This document shows positions 1 to 10,929 of a DNA stretch of 64,000 bases, piece after piece (position 1 is the first letter of the stretch; each line of letters begins with the position of its first letter). Source of the DNA: Phyllobates terribilis. Taxonomy: Eukaryota. The position numbers were made by a program, and so were the translations under genes. The notes beneath the pieces are model-generated. The model saw only the letters and a list, made by a program, of their open reading frames with translations. It did not search any database and was not told where the DNA came from. Location: the NCBI RefSeq assembly GCF_046119375.1, contig NW_027366894.1, positions 1 to 64,000 on the forward strand, in the 5' to 3' direction.

Positions 1-400
1 AGATTACGGATCTAGGAGATCTCTTGAAAATCTATCTTTCCCTTTATAGCAGATTAAAGATATATTTCTCTTTACGCGCTCGATTCTCATCCTTTCACTT
101 TGTTCCCTTCAGTGTGTCACTCCCTTCTATTGTTTGGAACACTTAATTGCTCGGTTCCTTAACTCTACTACTTGGTTCCCTCTATTCTTTACTCGGTTCC
201 CTCTATTCTCTTGAAGCACTTTGAGCGTTTTGCTTCTCACTTGACTCGCTTCAGTTACTTTAGCTTCCTAACTTAAGCTTGTTAGTTCATTTGCTCTAAT
301 TACCTAATTTGCTCAAAGGCCTATTACTATCGTGCAATAACTCACTGAAGGTAGACATTAGTATATAAAGATGTTTGTTATCATTAAAATGGAGAGATCA
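1..400 (-). mobile_element. Partial LTR of a SIRE/Maximus-type Copia element (runs off the window start)
   Basis: About 95% identical by eye to 7983-8383. Ends ...gtttgttatcattaaaatggagagatca, the same terminus as the PBS-adjacent LTR at 7617-8383. Confidence 0.85.
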
Positions 401-1718
401 TAAGTTATAGATACTAGTAGCTAGTTCTTATAACCAACATTCTTAAATAATCAGACATCTAAATTTATTTTTTCAAAGAAAGGGTCTCCTTTATTCATAA
501 CGATTATATATGATCTTATTTCCTAAATAGTAATAAAAAATTAACTAAAATAACCAAAATAATGTAAACAGCCAAACCATTTTAACAACTAATTAATCCT
601 AGCAACTAAGCTAATTAAACTAATACATTTAAGCTAACGAACTCGGACAATCCTAACAACTAAGCTATAACTAATAACAACCAAATCTAATGGTATGGAA
701 TAGATATACGGAATCCTTAAATCTAATATTAACTACAATCTTGTGGCTTATGTATGTTAATATTTTAGCTTATGTGACGAGGTTGATTTATATTTCATGT
801 AGGTATAATTTTAATTTTTCCATACAAAGTTTTTTTCTAGATTGATTATTAGTCATTTTTTATTCTGATTATTAGTGTTTTTTAGATTGATTATTAGCCA
901 CTAATAGATTATGCCAGAATAGCGGTCTTTTATAATCATATTATTATTTATTTATATTTTTTACTTTTCGGTATTGTGTAGTCATATTATTTATTTATTT
1001 ATATTCATTTACTTTGATTGTGATTATTAGTGATTTTTAGATTGATTATTAGCCATTAATAGGGAGTTTAGTATTTTTTAGAACACCTAAATATTGCAAT
1101 TATTTTTACTTAAAATATGTATTATTACATATATTCTCAATGCTTGAACTCTAAGTTTATGAGAAAATGTTTCAATAAGAGAATTTTATGCACATTAATA
1201 AGATTCTTTTTCAAGCTCACAAAAAAGTAATTGATTTCTATGAATATAATTCATTCAAAGAATATATTTGTTTCACACTCGATTAATAAATATTAATATT
1301 TATTTACAAATAAGTTATAAAATATATTGTACAATTATTAAATTAGAAAATTAAATTAAGGTATACTATAGATATATATAACATAGTTATTAGGACAAAA
1401 GTATTTTAAGTCATTTTATGTAATCTAATTATGTCACTAAGATATGATTTATATTAAAAGTTTGATTTAATTGCCTTATGTTTGAAACTCAATATATATA
1501 AGCGAAGGAGCATTAAATGTAAATGAATGAGTCATTTATTTTATAGTAGTCATTAATAGGTATTTAGTGTTATTATTTGTTTACCTATTATTATTTGTCT
1601 TTCAAAGATTCATTAGTAATTATTAATAAGTAACTCAAAATAATTAATGGAAGTTGTGTAATTAATGGCTATTAGGGTAGTCATTTAGTATTTTTTGACA
1701 CCCCTAAAATTATAGTAT

Positions 1719-1720
<2 letters not shown>

Positions 1721-1748
<28 letters not shown>
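1721..1748. repeat. (AT)14 microsatellite
   Basis: Perfect AT dinucleotide run. Confidence 0.95.
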
Positions 1749-1751
<3 letters not shown>

Positions 1752-3159
1752 TATAATTTAACTTTCTGTCTCATCACGAAGTGTAGAATCGTATCATCTT
1801 CATCATAATCGCCTTACAACTCCGTATCAGTAGAAGGTGTAATTTTTTTGTATGTTTAATTATTCTTCCAAATCTATAACTTCTCTCCCTAAAATATCTC
1901 TACATTATTTTATTTTTAAATTAAAATAATTGTATCCCACATACCCCATATTATTTTCTTTAATTCCATCCATCCATTATCTTCAATTTAATGTCCAGAT
2001 TCTCTTGTTCAAATTTATGCACATGCCTACTATAAAATTCATGTACATGTTAAATGTAAATGTTTTACATATGTATACATTGATTTGCACTTAATATACT
2101 TATTATTTATTTTTGATTAAAAACTTAGTATAGATATGAATATTTCACATTCTCATTGTATAACCCTCTTCACATTGATCTTCCGCAGTTTCTAAGCCTA
2201 TATTTGATTTTCCAGATAATTGATATCGAGTAACATCCAAAACTATAACTTACATGATGTGTAGTAGATAACAACTCACGAGTTAGTAAATCACATTGCA
2301 CGTATATGAAGAAAGGGAAAAGTTGGGTAAAAATATATCTTGTAAATAAATTACAATCATCCAATTTCAATAGATCTTGTGATTTACAAGATGTCCCGAC
2401 ATTCTTCCCATTTCTCCTCCTTCGTTCTTCGATATTGATGTCGTCGTTGTTTTCCTTGTGTGCACTTTTGATGTGTACAAGTACAACATACTTATTTACA
2501 TACACTAAAACGTGGGTTTGATATGCATATATATAAGTCTCTTGCCAACACTTCTGTTTTTGAATTCAATGTGTAAGTCAACCACATGTATAAATTATAC
2601 TTGGTGATGTATACATACGAGCTTCCAACATGTATTAATTATTTATATTAATGAGATTTCAATTCAGGGTGCATATTTAAACGAATTTAATACTTTAAAA
2701 TCATGTATCATTTTCATCCGATATACTTTCATGGGAAAGCTATTTTGGGATTTAAGAGTGTCTCTCAAAACTCAGCATTGATATTAGATATTTGATTAAC
2801 TTACATCATTTGTGAGATTGATATTATTATTAGCAATAAGTAGCATTTATTTCAATGGCTACAATGGTATTTGCAAGTGCCAAAATGATATAAATTAATT
2901 TGGTGGGGTAAAGGCTTGAAAAGGAGAGCATGCAAGGGTATCAAATTTTAGCAAGCAATAGTACAATCCTAGAAGGGCCTAACAAGCGTTTATCAATAAG
3001 CATCACATAGAGCATGCGAGAGACAAATACCCTTAAGAGTATAGGCTAGGTTCGCGCACATAATAGTCCTAAATTCCCAAGTTTAAAAGAAGCATAAATG
3101 TTTATGAGTCAAGAAATAAGGAGCTTACAATGAGAGGGAGATGCTTAATGAAGGGGGAT

Positions 3160-5581
3160 CAATCCCAAGTGTAGCCTTAGTTTGATAAATGGTTCCTTGT
3201 TCAGGATTTGGTGAAAATGTCAGCTATTTGATCCTCAGTTCTACAATGGGTAAGCTCTATGTTCTTCCTTTCCATATGATCTCGAAGGAAGTGATGACAA
3301 ATGCCAATGTGCTTAGTTTGAGAGTGGTGTACATGGTTCTTTGAGATGTTGATAGCACTTGTGTTGGCACATATTATCTCAAGAGAGCCCATAGTAATGC
3401 CAAAGTCCTTGAGTTGTTTCTTGAGCCATAGGAGTTGAGAACAACATGAAGCAACCGCTATGTATTCCGCCTCGGTGGTGGACACGGCTACTGAGTTTTG
3501 CCTTCGCGGTCCCCAAGGAACAAGACAAGGGACTAAGAATTGAGCCATACGTTGATGTGCTCTTTTGATCAAATAAATAACCCGCATAGTTAGCATTTGT
3601 ATATTCAACAAGGGTAAAATCGCAGTTCTTAGGGTACCACAAGCACAGATTATCAGTCCCTTTTAAGTAGAGAAAGATTTGCTTGATGATAGAGACATGC
3701 GACTCCTTTGGATCGGATTGAAATCTTGCACACAGGCTTACTGCAAAGACAATATCGGGTCTAGAGGCAGTTAAGCACATCAAAGAGCCAACCATAACTC
3801 GATAAAGGGTCTCATTAGTCTTGACTCCATTGAGATCTACATCAAGCTTAGTCCCTGTGGACACTGGGGTGTGAAGGGGATTACTATTCTCCATTCCAAA
3901 GTTCTTGATTATCTCCCTTAAGTACTTTTGTTGATGTATTTGTATGCCTTCAGTCTTTTACACCACTTGAAGGCCGAGAAAGAAGTTCAGTTCCCCAATC
4001 ATGCTCATGTTGAACTTGCTACTCCTCACATCCTTGAATTTATCTACAAGAAACAAGTTAGTGGAGCCAAAAATTATATCATCTACATATACCTGAACCA
4101 CGAGAATGTCGCCCTTGTGTTCTTGGATGAAAAGCGTCTTGTCAATTGTCCCTCTTTTGTAGTTATTTTCAAGGAGATACTCGGAGAGACAATCTTACCA
4201 CGCCCTTGATGCTTGCTTCAAGCCATATAGTGCCTTGTCTAGAAAATACACGTGCTCTAGGTGCTTTGGATCCTCAAATCCTAGAGCCTGCTTTTAACAA
4301 AGAGGCTTCAGGAAATGGATCTGCGGTGTTAGACGTTGGTGAATGGAAATTGCCTTCAAACACCTTATATGCCTTACTCACTGGAACGTAGTCAAGGAAT
4401 ATGGTTTTATCACTTCTTGCATCAAATTTACCCAAATTATCCTTTCCGTTACTGAGTACAAAGCACTTGCATCCAAAGACCTTGAAATGAGATATGCTTG
4501 GAGGATAGACTTTAATCAACTCGTATGGTGTCTTAGCAAGTGTAGGGTGTAGAAGAGCCCTATTGGTGATGTAGCAAGTGGTGTTCACTGCTTCAACCCA
4601 AAATGAGGAAGACATTCCACTTCCAAGTAAGATTGTTCTCGCTATCTCCACTAAATTTTTGTTCTTACTTTCGACGACTCCATTTTGTTGTGGAGTCCTA
4701 GGGGGTGATAAATTATGGATTATCCCTCTTTCAATGTAGTAACTAAGCATCTCGTTGTTTTCAAACTCAGTCCCATGGTTTGAACTGATAGAGCGCACTT
4801 GTAATGATAAGAAGTTCTTAAGCGAAGTGATGAGCTCAGTGAAGCGAGTGTGGACTTGATCTGTAGATAGTAATAAGAGTGTCCATGTGAATCTAGAGTA
4901 GTCATCGACGATCACGAAAATGTAACATACTCCACCAGGACTTAGAACACGCATAGGTCCACAAAGGTCCATGTGAAGGAGCTTAAGGGGATTCTTTGTT
5001 GTGATGTCTGACTTTGGCTTGAACGAGCTTCTTACTTGCTTTCCTTTAACACAATTAGCACAATGTAGCATATTCTCTATCTTGATAGGAGGTAATCCAC
5101 GGACCAACTCTTTTGCGCGAAGCTTGTGTAAAAGATGTAGAGTGACGTGTCCAAGTCTTTGATACCACAAAGCGGTTTGATCTTCTATAGTAGCCAGGAA
5201 AAACTGACTCTTAGGGATGTAGTTGCGGTCAAATATGTAAGTGTTATTGACTCGCTTTCCCTTTAAGATAATTTCATTTGCAACGTTCCTCACAAAGCAC
5301 TTTGAGCTAGTAAAAGTGACTTCAGTTGGTCCCTCGTCACAAAGCTGAGTAACACTCAATAGATTATAGCGAAGGATCTCCAAAAAGTTCACCATTTGAA
5401 TCTCTATTTTATCATTCAGAAGCACCTTTCCATGTCCTGTAATCTCTCTAGCTCTTTTTTCACCAAATGATACGCTTCCACCGTCATAGTTATGAAACTT
5501 TTGCAATCTTTCCTTGCCTCCGGTCATGTGACACGAGCAACCACTATCAATGTATCGTTTGTTATCGCTGCTCAATTTTAC
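3160..5581 (-). pseudogene. Copia pol (protease, GAG-pre-integrase, integrase, partial RT, RNase H), disrupted
   Basis: Motifs YIDSGCSCHMTG, LHMDLCGP, VIVDDYSR, TPQQNGVVE, ALYGLKQ, IYVDDII, LMCLTASRPDI, STTEAEY, QIADIFTK. Stops and frameshifts present; N-terminal half of RT missing near 4300. Confidence 0.9.
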
Positions 5582-5595
5582 CTAAAATGAAACAA

Positions 5596-7583
5596 TCAAA
5601 CCTTTGAAACCCATCAAAGCTTATCTTTTTTAGGTGGATTAGCTTTCTTGTTAGCATTAGGAGAATGATTAATGACACGCTTTTGGCCTTTAGTTGAAGG
5701 AACATGCTCATAATAAGAAGCGACATTCAAATCAAGCACTTCACGTGTATTGTGAGTGGGTGACTTGTGTGGCTTGTTACTTAGAGCATGCTCCTTCTTG
5801 AAGCTATGTATAGTATGACCATTATTACCACAAAACCTACACCATTCATTATATTTGATATAATCATACTTGCCCTTTCCAAGTCTGAGGGGCCTCTTAT
5901 CCTTAAGCTTAGGATATAAGGTGTTTAGTGCGTTCTTGGGCTTGGCTCACATACATCTTATGATCCTTTCCCCTTGGAACCAACAATTTTTGTCCCTTAA
6001 CGGTTTTTTAAGTGTCTTTATCTTTTTCTCTAGAAATTCATTTTTTCTTCTACAAGTTTGAAGGGCCTTATCTAAGGTCTCATATTTTTTCAGTTAATTC
6101 TCTAATAAGCTTCTCATTGGCACTAGAGCCCTTAGTGGAATCCCCATCCGAGTCATATCGTAGTCTAGTTCTAGATCTAACAAATACAGTGTGATTAACC
6201 GTGTTCCTATCAATAGAGTTAGATCAATGAGTTTATTAAGGATGATTCCTAATCCGCTTTCTACCTTTGAGTGCAAGTCCTTAGATAGTCCCCCTTGAGG
6301 TTGCTTACCACTACATCTCTCGCAGGTCTTAGTCATTTCAGTTCCCTAGACTTTATTAAGGCCTTTTCCTTGTTAGATAACCTAGTAGACAAATCCAAAC
6401 ACTCACTACGTAGATCTTTGACTTCCTCTTCATATTCATTGATTTGTGACTCTAGAGTTTCAGTATCTTCTAACAAGTCTTTAATCATGTTGATAAGCTC
6501 TTTCTTTTCTAGGAAATTGAGACGAATAGGGAAAGGGTCAGAAGATTTTACCTTATGAGCAAGGACCTCTGTCTCAGCCATAAGACAATGGCCTTGGTAG
6601 CCTTCATGGAGGTCAGCTTCATCGTTTTCTTCTCCTCATGTCGAGAAAAGTGCCTTATTTTCAAATTCTTCGACCTTAGGGTTAGTGCATGTCTTAGCAA
6701 GATGCCCATTTTCCTAGAAATTGTAGCATGTGTAGCCCTTGAGATCTCGCTTTACTAAATATGATGACTCTCCTTGTCTAGCTTTCTTCTTTAACCATTT
6801 CTTGACCATATTTGTCATGAGGGCGACTTCCATGTCATCTTCCTCTTCCTTTTCCTCTTCCTCTTCCTCTTCACCATTATTTATGTCCATCTTTTCTAGA
6901 ACCTTGGTAAGCATCAAAGCGCTCCCAATGACTTCTTTAGTAGATAAGCCCTTCCTCATGCCAATGTTCTCTTGGTCGAAAAACTTGTCAAATATGTCGA
7001 CCACTGAGAGCTTTTTACAGTCTGGAGACATTAGAGCGATTCTTCGGGTGAGCTCAAACTTGTCGCTCATTGCATAGATGACCGCTAGCGTTTGCTCCCA
7101 AGCATCAATCGTTGCGCCATCAACGCTTAATTTGTTCACCAAGATAGTGAACCGGGATTGGCAAGCGAACACGCTTTCACCACAGAGTTGCTTGAATGCT
7201 TGGAACTCTCTTTGAAGAGTGAATTTTCGGGTGTCCTTTTGATCTTCACTGCATCCGTGAATGGAGATAATGGCTTCCCACATATCTTTAGCCGTTGGTA
7301 TGCCAATGACCTTGTCAATGTCTGTTCGTGTGAGTCCACATAGAATAAGTTGTAGAGCTTTTGAATTCTTCTCCATCTTGGCATAATGCTCAGGTTTCCA
7401 ATCTCTTATCTCCTTCAATTCCGGAAGCACTTCATCACTGAGCTCGATAATCTTCCAGCATTGGTAGTCTTGGGTTTGGATGAAAATTGTATGCACTCCT
7501 AGCCACCAGTCAAGCTCCCTTTCAAGAAGTTGATGAGGTTTGTTCAAGGACATCCCTAGGTTGAATTCTTCGTTCCTCATCAT
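5596..7583 (-). pseudogene. Extended gag of the SIRE-type element, fragmented
   Basis: ORF 6714-7583 has UBN2-type gag features (QDYQCWKII, AKDMWEAI) and a TCYNF knuckle start. Coiled-coil extension at 6333-6581; ends WVSKV* at 5596. Confidence 0.82.
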
Positions 7584-7603
7584 CGTTATGGAATAGGTTC
7601 CCC

Positions 7604-7614
7604 CTCTGATACCA
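7604..7614 (-). promoter_or_regulatory. Primer binding site (tRNA-iMet)
   Basis: Minus strand reads TGGTATCAGAG, 2 nt inside the LTR CA end. Confidence 0.92.
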
Positions 7615-7616
7615 AT

Positions 7617-8383
7617 TGTGGATCATGTGATTTGAGTACCTTAATCTAACTAAAGAATGTTTCTTTTATGCGGAAAAGATTAAGACTTTAAGAACAATTA
7701 TTACCAAAACGATCTTCTTTATTGATTCTCCTAGAGTTTATAACTTCAAGGCGAACAAACAGTTCTTACTTTATCTCTAAACTCTCCTCGATATTGCCTA
7801 AACTCTAAATCAATAAAGATAACCTCTTAGAACGAACAACCTCTTCTAAATTGATAAACTAAACTATTTTTACTAAAGGCATAATCGTCGAGAACTAATT
7901 TACTAAAAGCTAGATAAAAACAATAAATAAAACTATAAATCGTAACATAATCTGAAAGATAATAAAGTAGCTCTAACAACCTAGATTACAGATCTAGGAG
8001 ATCTCTTGAAAATCTATCTTTCCCTTAATAGCAGCTTAAAGATATATTTCCTCTTTTATGCGCTCGGTTCCGATCCTTTACTCTGTTCCCTTCAGCGCGT
8101 CACTCCCTTCTATTGTTTGGAACACTTAATTGCTCGGTTCCTTAACTCTAGTACTCAGTTCCCTCTATTTTGTACTCGGTTCCCTCTATTCTGATGAAGC
8201 GCTTTGATCGCTTTGCTTCTCGCTTGACTCGCTTCAGTTGCTTTAGCTTCCTAACTTAAGCTCATTAATTCATTTGCTCTAATTACCTAATTTGCTCAAA
8301 GGCCTATTGCTATCCTACAATAACTCACTCAAGGTAGACATTAGTATATAAAGATGTTTGTTATCATTAAAATTGAGAGATCA
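7617..8383 (-). mobile_element. 5' LTR (767 bp) of the SIRE-type element
   Basis: TG...CA termini, adjacent PBS, TTTTAATGATAACAAAC near the 5' end, repeated CTCGGTTCC motifs. Confidence 0.88.
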
Positions 8384-10317
8384 TAAGTTATAGATACTAG
8401 TAGCTAGTTCCTATAACCAACATTTTCAAATAACCACACATCTAAATTCATTTTTTCAAAGAAAGAATCTCCTTTATTCATAACGATGATAAGTCTTATA
8501 TATGATCTTATTTCCTAAATAATAAAAAAGAAATTAACTAAAAATAACCAAAATAATGTAAACAGTCAAACCATCAACAACTAATTAATCCTAACAACTA
8601 AGTTAATTAAACTAGAATATTTAAGCTAACAAACTCACCCAATCCTAACAACTAAGCTATAACTAATAACAACCAAATCTAACGGAATGGAATAGATGTA
8701 CGGACTCCTTAAATCTAATATTAACTAGAATCTTGTTGTCTGTGTTTCGTATGAGCTTATGTAAGTCAATATTTTAACTTATGTGACGAGGTTGATTTAT
8801 ATTTCATGTAGGTATAATTCTAATTTTTCCGTACAATATTTTTCTAGATTAATTATTAGTCATTTTTTTCTGATTATTAGTGTTTTTTTAGATCGACTAT
8901 TAGTCACTAATAGATTATGCCAGAATAAATGCGGTCTTTTGTAATCATATTATTATGTTTTTATATTTTTTTTACTTTTTGGTCTTGTGTAGTCATATTA
9001 TTATTTATTTATATTCATTACTTTGATTGTGATTATTAGTGGTTTTTAGATTGATTATTATTTATTAGTCATTAATAGGGAGTTTGATATTTCTTAGAAC
9101 ACCTAAATATTGTAATTAGTTTTGCTTAAAATATGTTTTATTACATATATTATCAATGCTTGAACACTAAGTTTATGAGAAAATATTTCGATAAGAAAAT
9201 TTTATGCACATTAATAAGACTCTTTTTCAAGCTCACAAAAAAGTAAACTAATTTCTATGAATAAAATTCATTCAAAGAATATATTTGTTTCACACTCGAT
9301 TAATAAATATTAATATTTATTTACAAATAAGTTACAAAATATATTATACAATTATTAAAGTAGAAAATTAAATTAAGGTATACTATAAATATATATAACA
9401 TAGTTATTAGGACAAAAGTATTTTAAGTCATTTTATGTAATCTAATTATATCATGATTTTTATTAAAAGTTTAATTTAATTACCTTATGGTTGAAACTCA
9501 ATATATATAAGTGAAGGAGCATTAAATGTAAATGAATGAGTCATTTATTTTATAGTAGTTATTAATAGGTATTTAGTGTTATTATTTGTTTACCTATTAT
9601 TTGTCTTTTAAACATTCATTAGTAATTATTAATAAGTAACTCAAAACAATTAATGATATATTTAGTGTTATTATTTGTTTACCTATTATTATTTGTCTTT
9701 TAAACATTCATTAGTAATTATTAATAAGTAACTCAAAGTACAACATACTTATTTAGTGTTATTATTTAGTGTTATTATTTGTTATTATTTAGTGTTATTA
9801 TTTGTTTCCCATTTCTCCTCCTTCCTTCTTCGATATTAATGTCGTCGCCGTCTTCCTCGCGTGCACTTTTAATGTGTACAAGTACAACATACTTATTTCA
9901 CATACACTAAAACGTGGGTTTTGACATGCATATATACAAGTCTCTTGCCTGCACTTTTGTTTTTGAATTCAATGTGCAAGACAACGACACGTATAAATTA
10001 TACTTGTTGATGTACGCATACAAGCCTCCAACATAAATCAATTATTTATTTTAATGAGATTTCAGTTCAGGATGCGTATTTAAACAAATTTAACACTTTA
10101 AAATCATTGATCATTTTCATCTGATATATTTTCATGGAAAAACTATTTTGGGATTTAGGAGTGTCTCTCAAAACTTAGCATTGATATTAGATATTTGATT
10201 AACTAACATCATTTGTGAGATTGATATTATTATTAGCAATAAGTAGCATTTATTTCAACGGCTACAATGATATTTGCAAGTGCCAAAATGATATAAATTA
10301 ATTTGGTGGGGTAAAGG
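7983..10317. repeat. Direct repeat copy 2 of 1-2914
   Basis: Colinear with copy 1 except that 9656-9805 replaces copy-1 1649-2404. Confidence 0.93.
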
Positions 10318-10805
10318 AATTTTCACTTCAAAATTGACTTGTGTAATTAAATCCTTCTCAATTTTAAATCTTCAATTAAAAAAACCGTTTAAAGCCACTA
10401 ATCCCCCTGTCAAGGGGGTATTTTCGCCCTTTCCACTTGAAGGCAGCGGAACGACCACGCTCCTTTGCCAAAAAGCCACCGCCATTATCCCTAAAACACC
10501 CCTGTAAAAATCCCGTTACGTACAGTTTCACTACATGATTAAAGGGCAGAAAAGTAAATATCTCCATCAGCGTAGCTGTCTGAGTAAATAAACAAAAAAA
10601 ACAATTCGAGTAAAAGAGGATCGTGAGCCGTCCGCGAAAGCACGAATGGTGGGCTGTTAAAAAGCGCAGTTGGAAAGAGAGAGAAAGGAAATTGGTTTCT
10701 GCCAGAGACGTTGTCGGATTTGAATCGCCCCTTCACCGGAATTTGGTACTTCTGTTTGAAGTCCGGTTACGTTTCTCAGTTCTTGCTATAGTAACCTTTA
10801 CTATC

Positions 10806-10813
10806 TAGGGTTT
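10806..10813 (-). promoter_or_regulatory. Telo-box (AAACCCTA) upstream of the NMCP1 ATG
   Basis: Exact motif about 120 bp before the start codon. Function not shown. Confidence 0.35.
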
Positions 10814-10929
10814 CGTCAAGAATTGACTGTTCTACGAACCGTTATTGCTTCTTATGAGTTTAAACTGTCGATCTGGTACGGGCGGCTGCGTGAATCGGTA
10901 GAATTTTGCAGAATTTTGGAGCGAGAGAG

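Larger units (their letters stand above)
1..2914. repeat. Direct repeat copy 1 (LTR part plus about 2.5 kb AT-rich flank); paralog of 7983-10317
   Basis: Colinear match from agattac(g/a)gatctaggag (1 vs 7983) to atttggtggggtaaagg (2914 vs 10317), with scattered substitutions and indels. Confidence 0.93.
2915..8383 (-). mobile_element. Ty1/Copia LTR retrotransposon, SIRE/Maximus-like, 3'-truncated and degenerate
   Basis: Order is LTR, tRNA-Met PBS, gag, protease, integrase, RT, RNase H (Copia order). No PPT or 3' LTR; the internal region is cut at 2915. Confidence 0.92.

Noticed and set aside
2170-2521. Overlapping ORFs 2170-2505 (-) and 2306-2521 (+)
   Set aside because: No motifs, AT-rich repeat DNA, and mostly deleted in the paralogous copy.
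10380-10845. AACGG (MSA-like) and E2F-like motifs upstream of NMCP1
   Set aside because: Only short cores match, at a frequency expected by chance.
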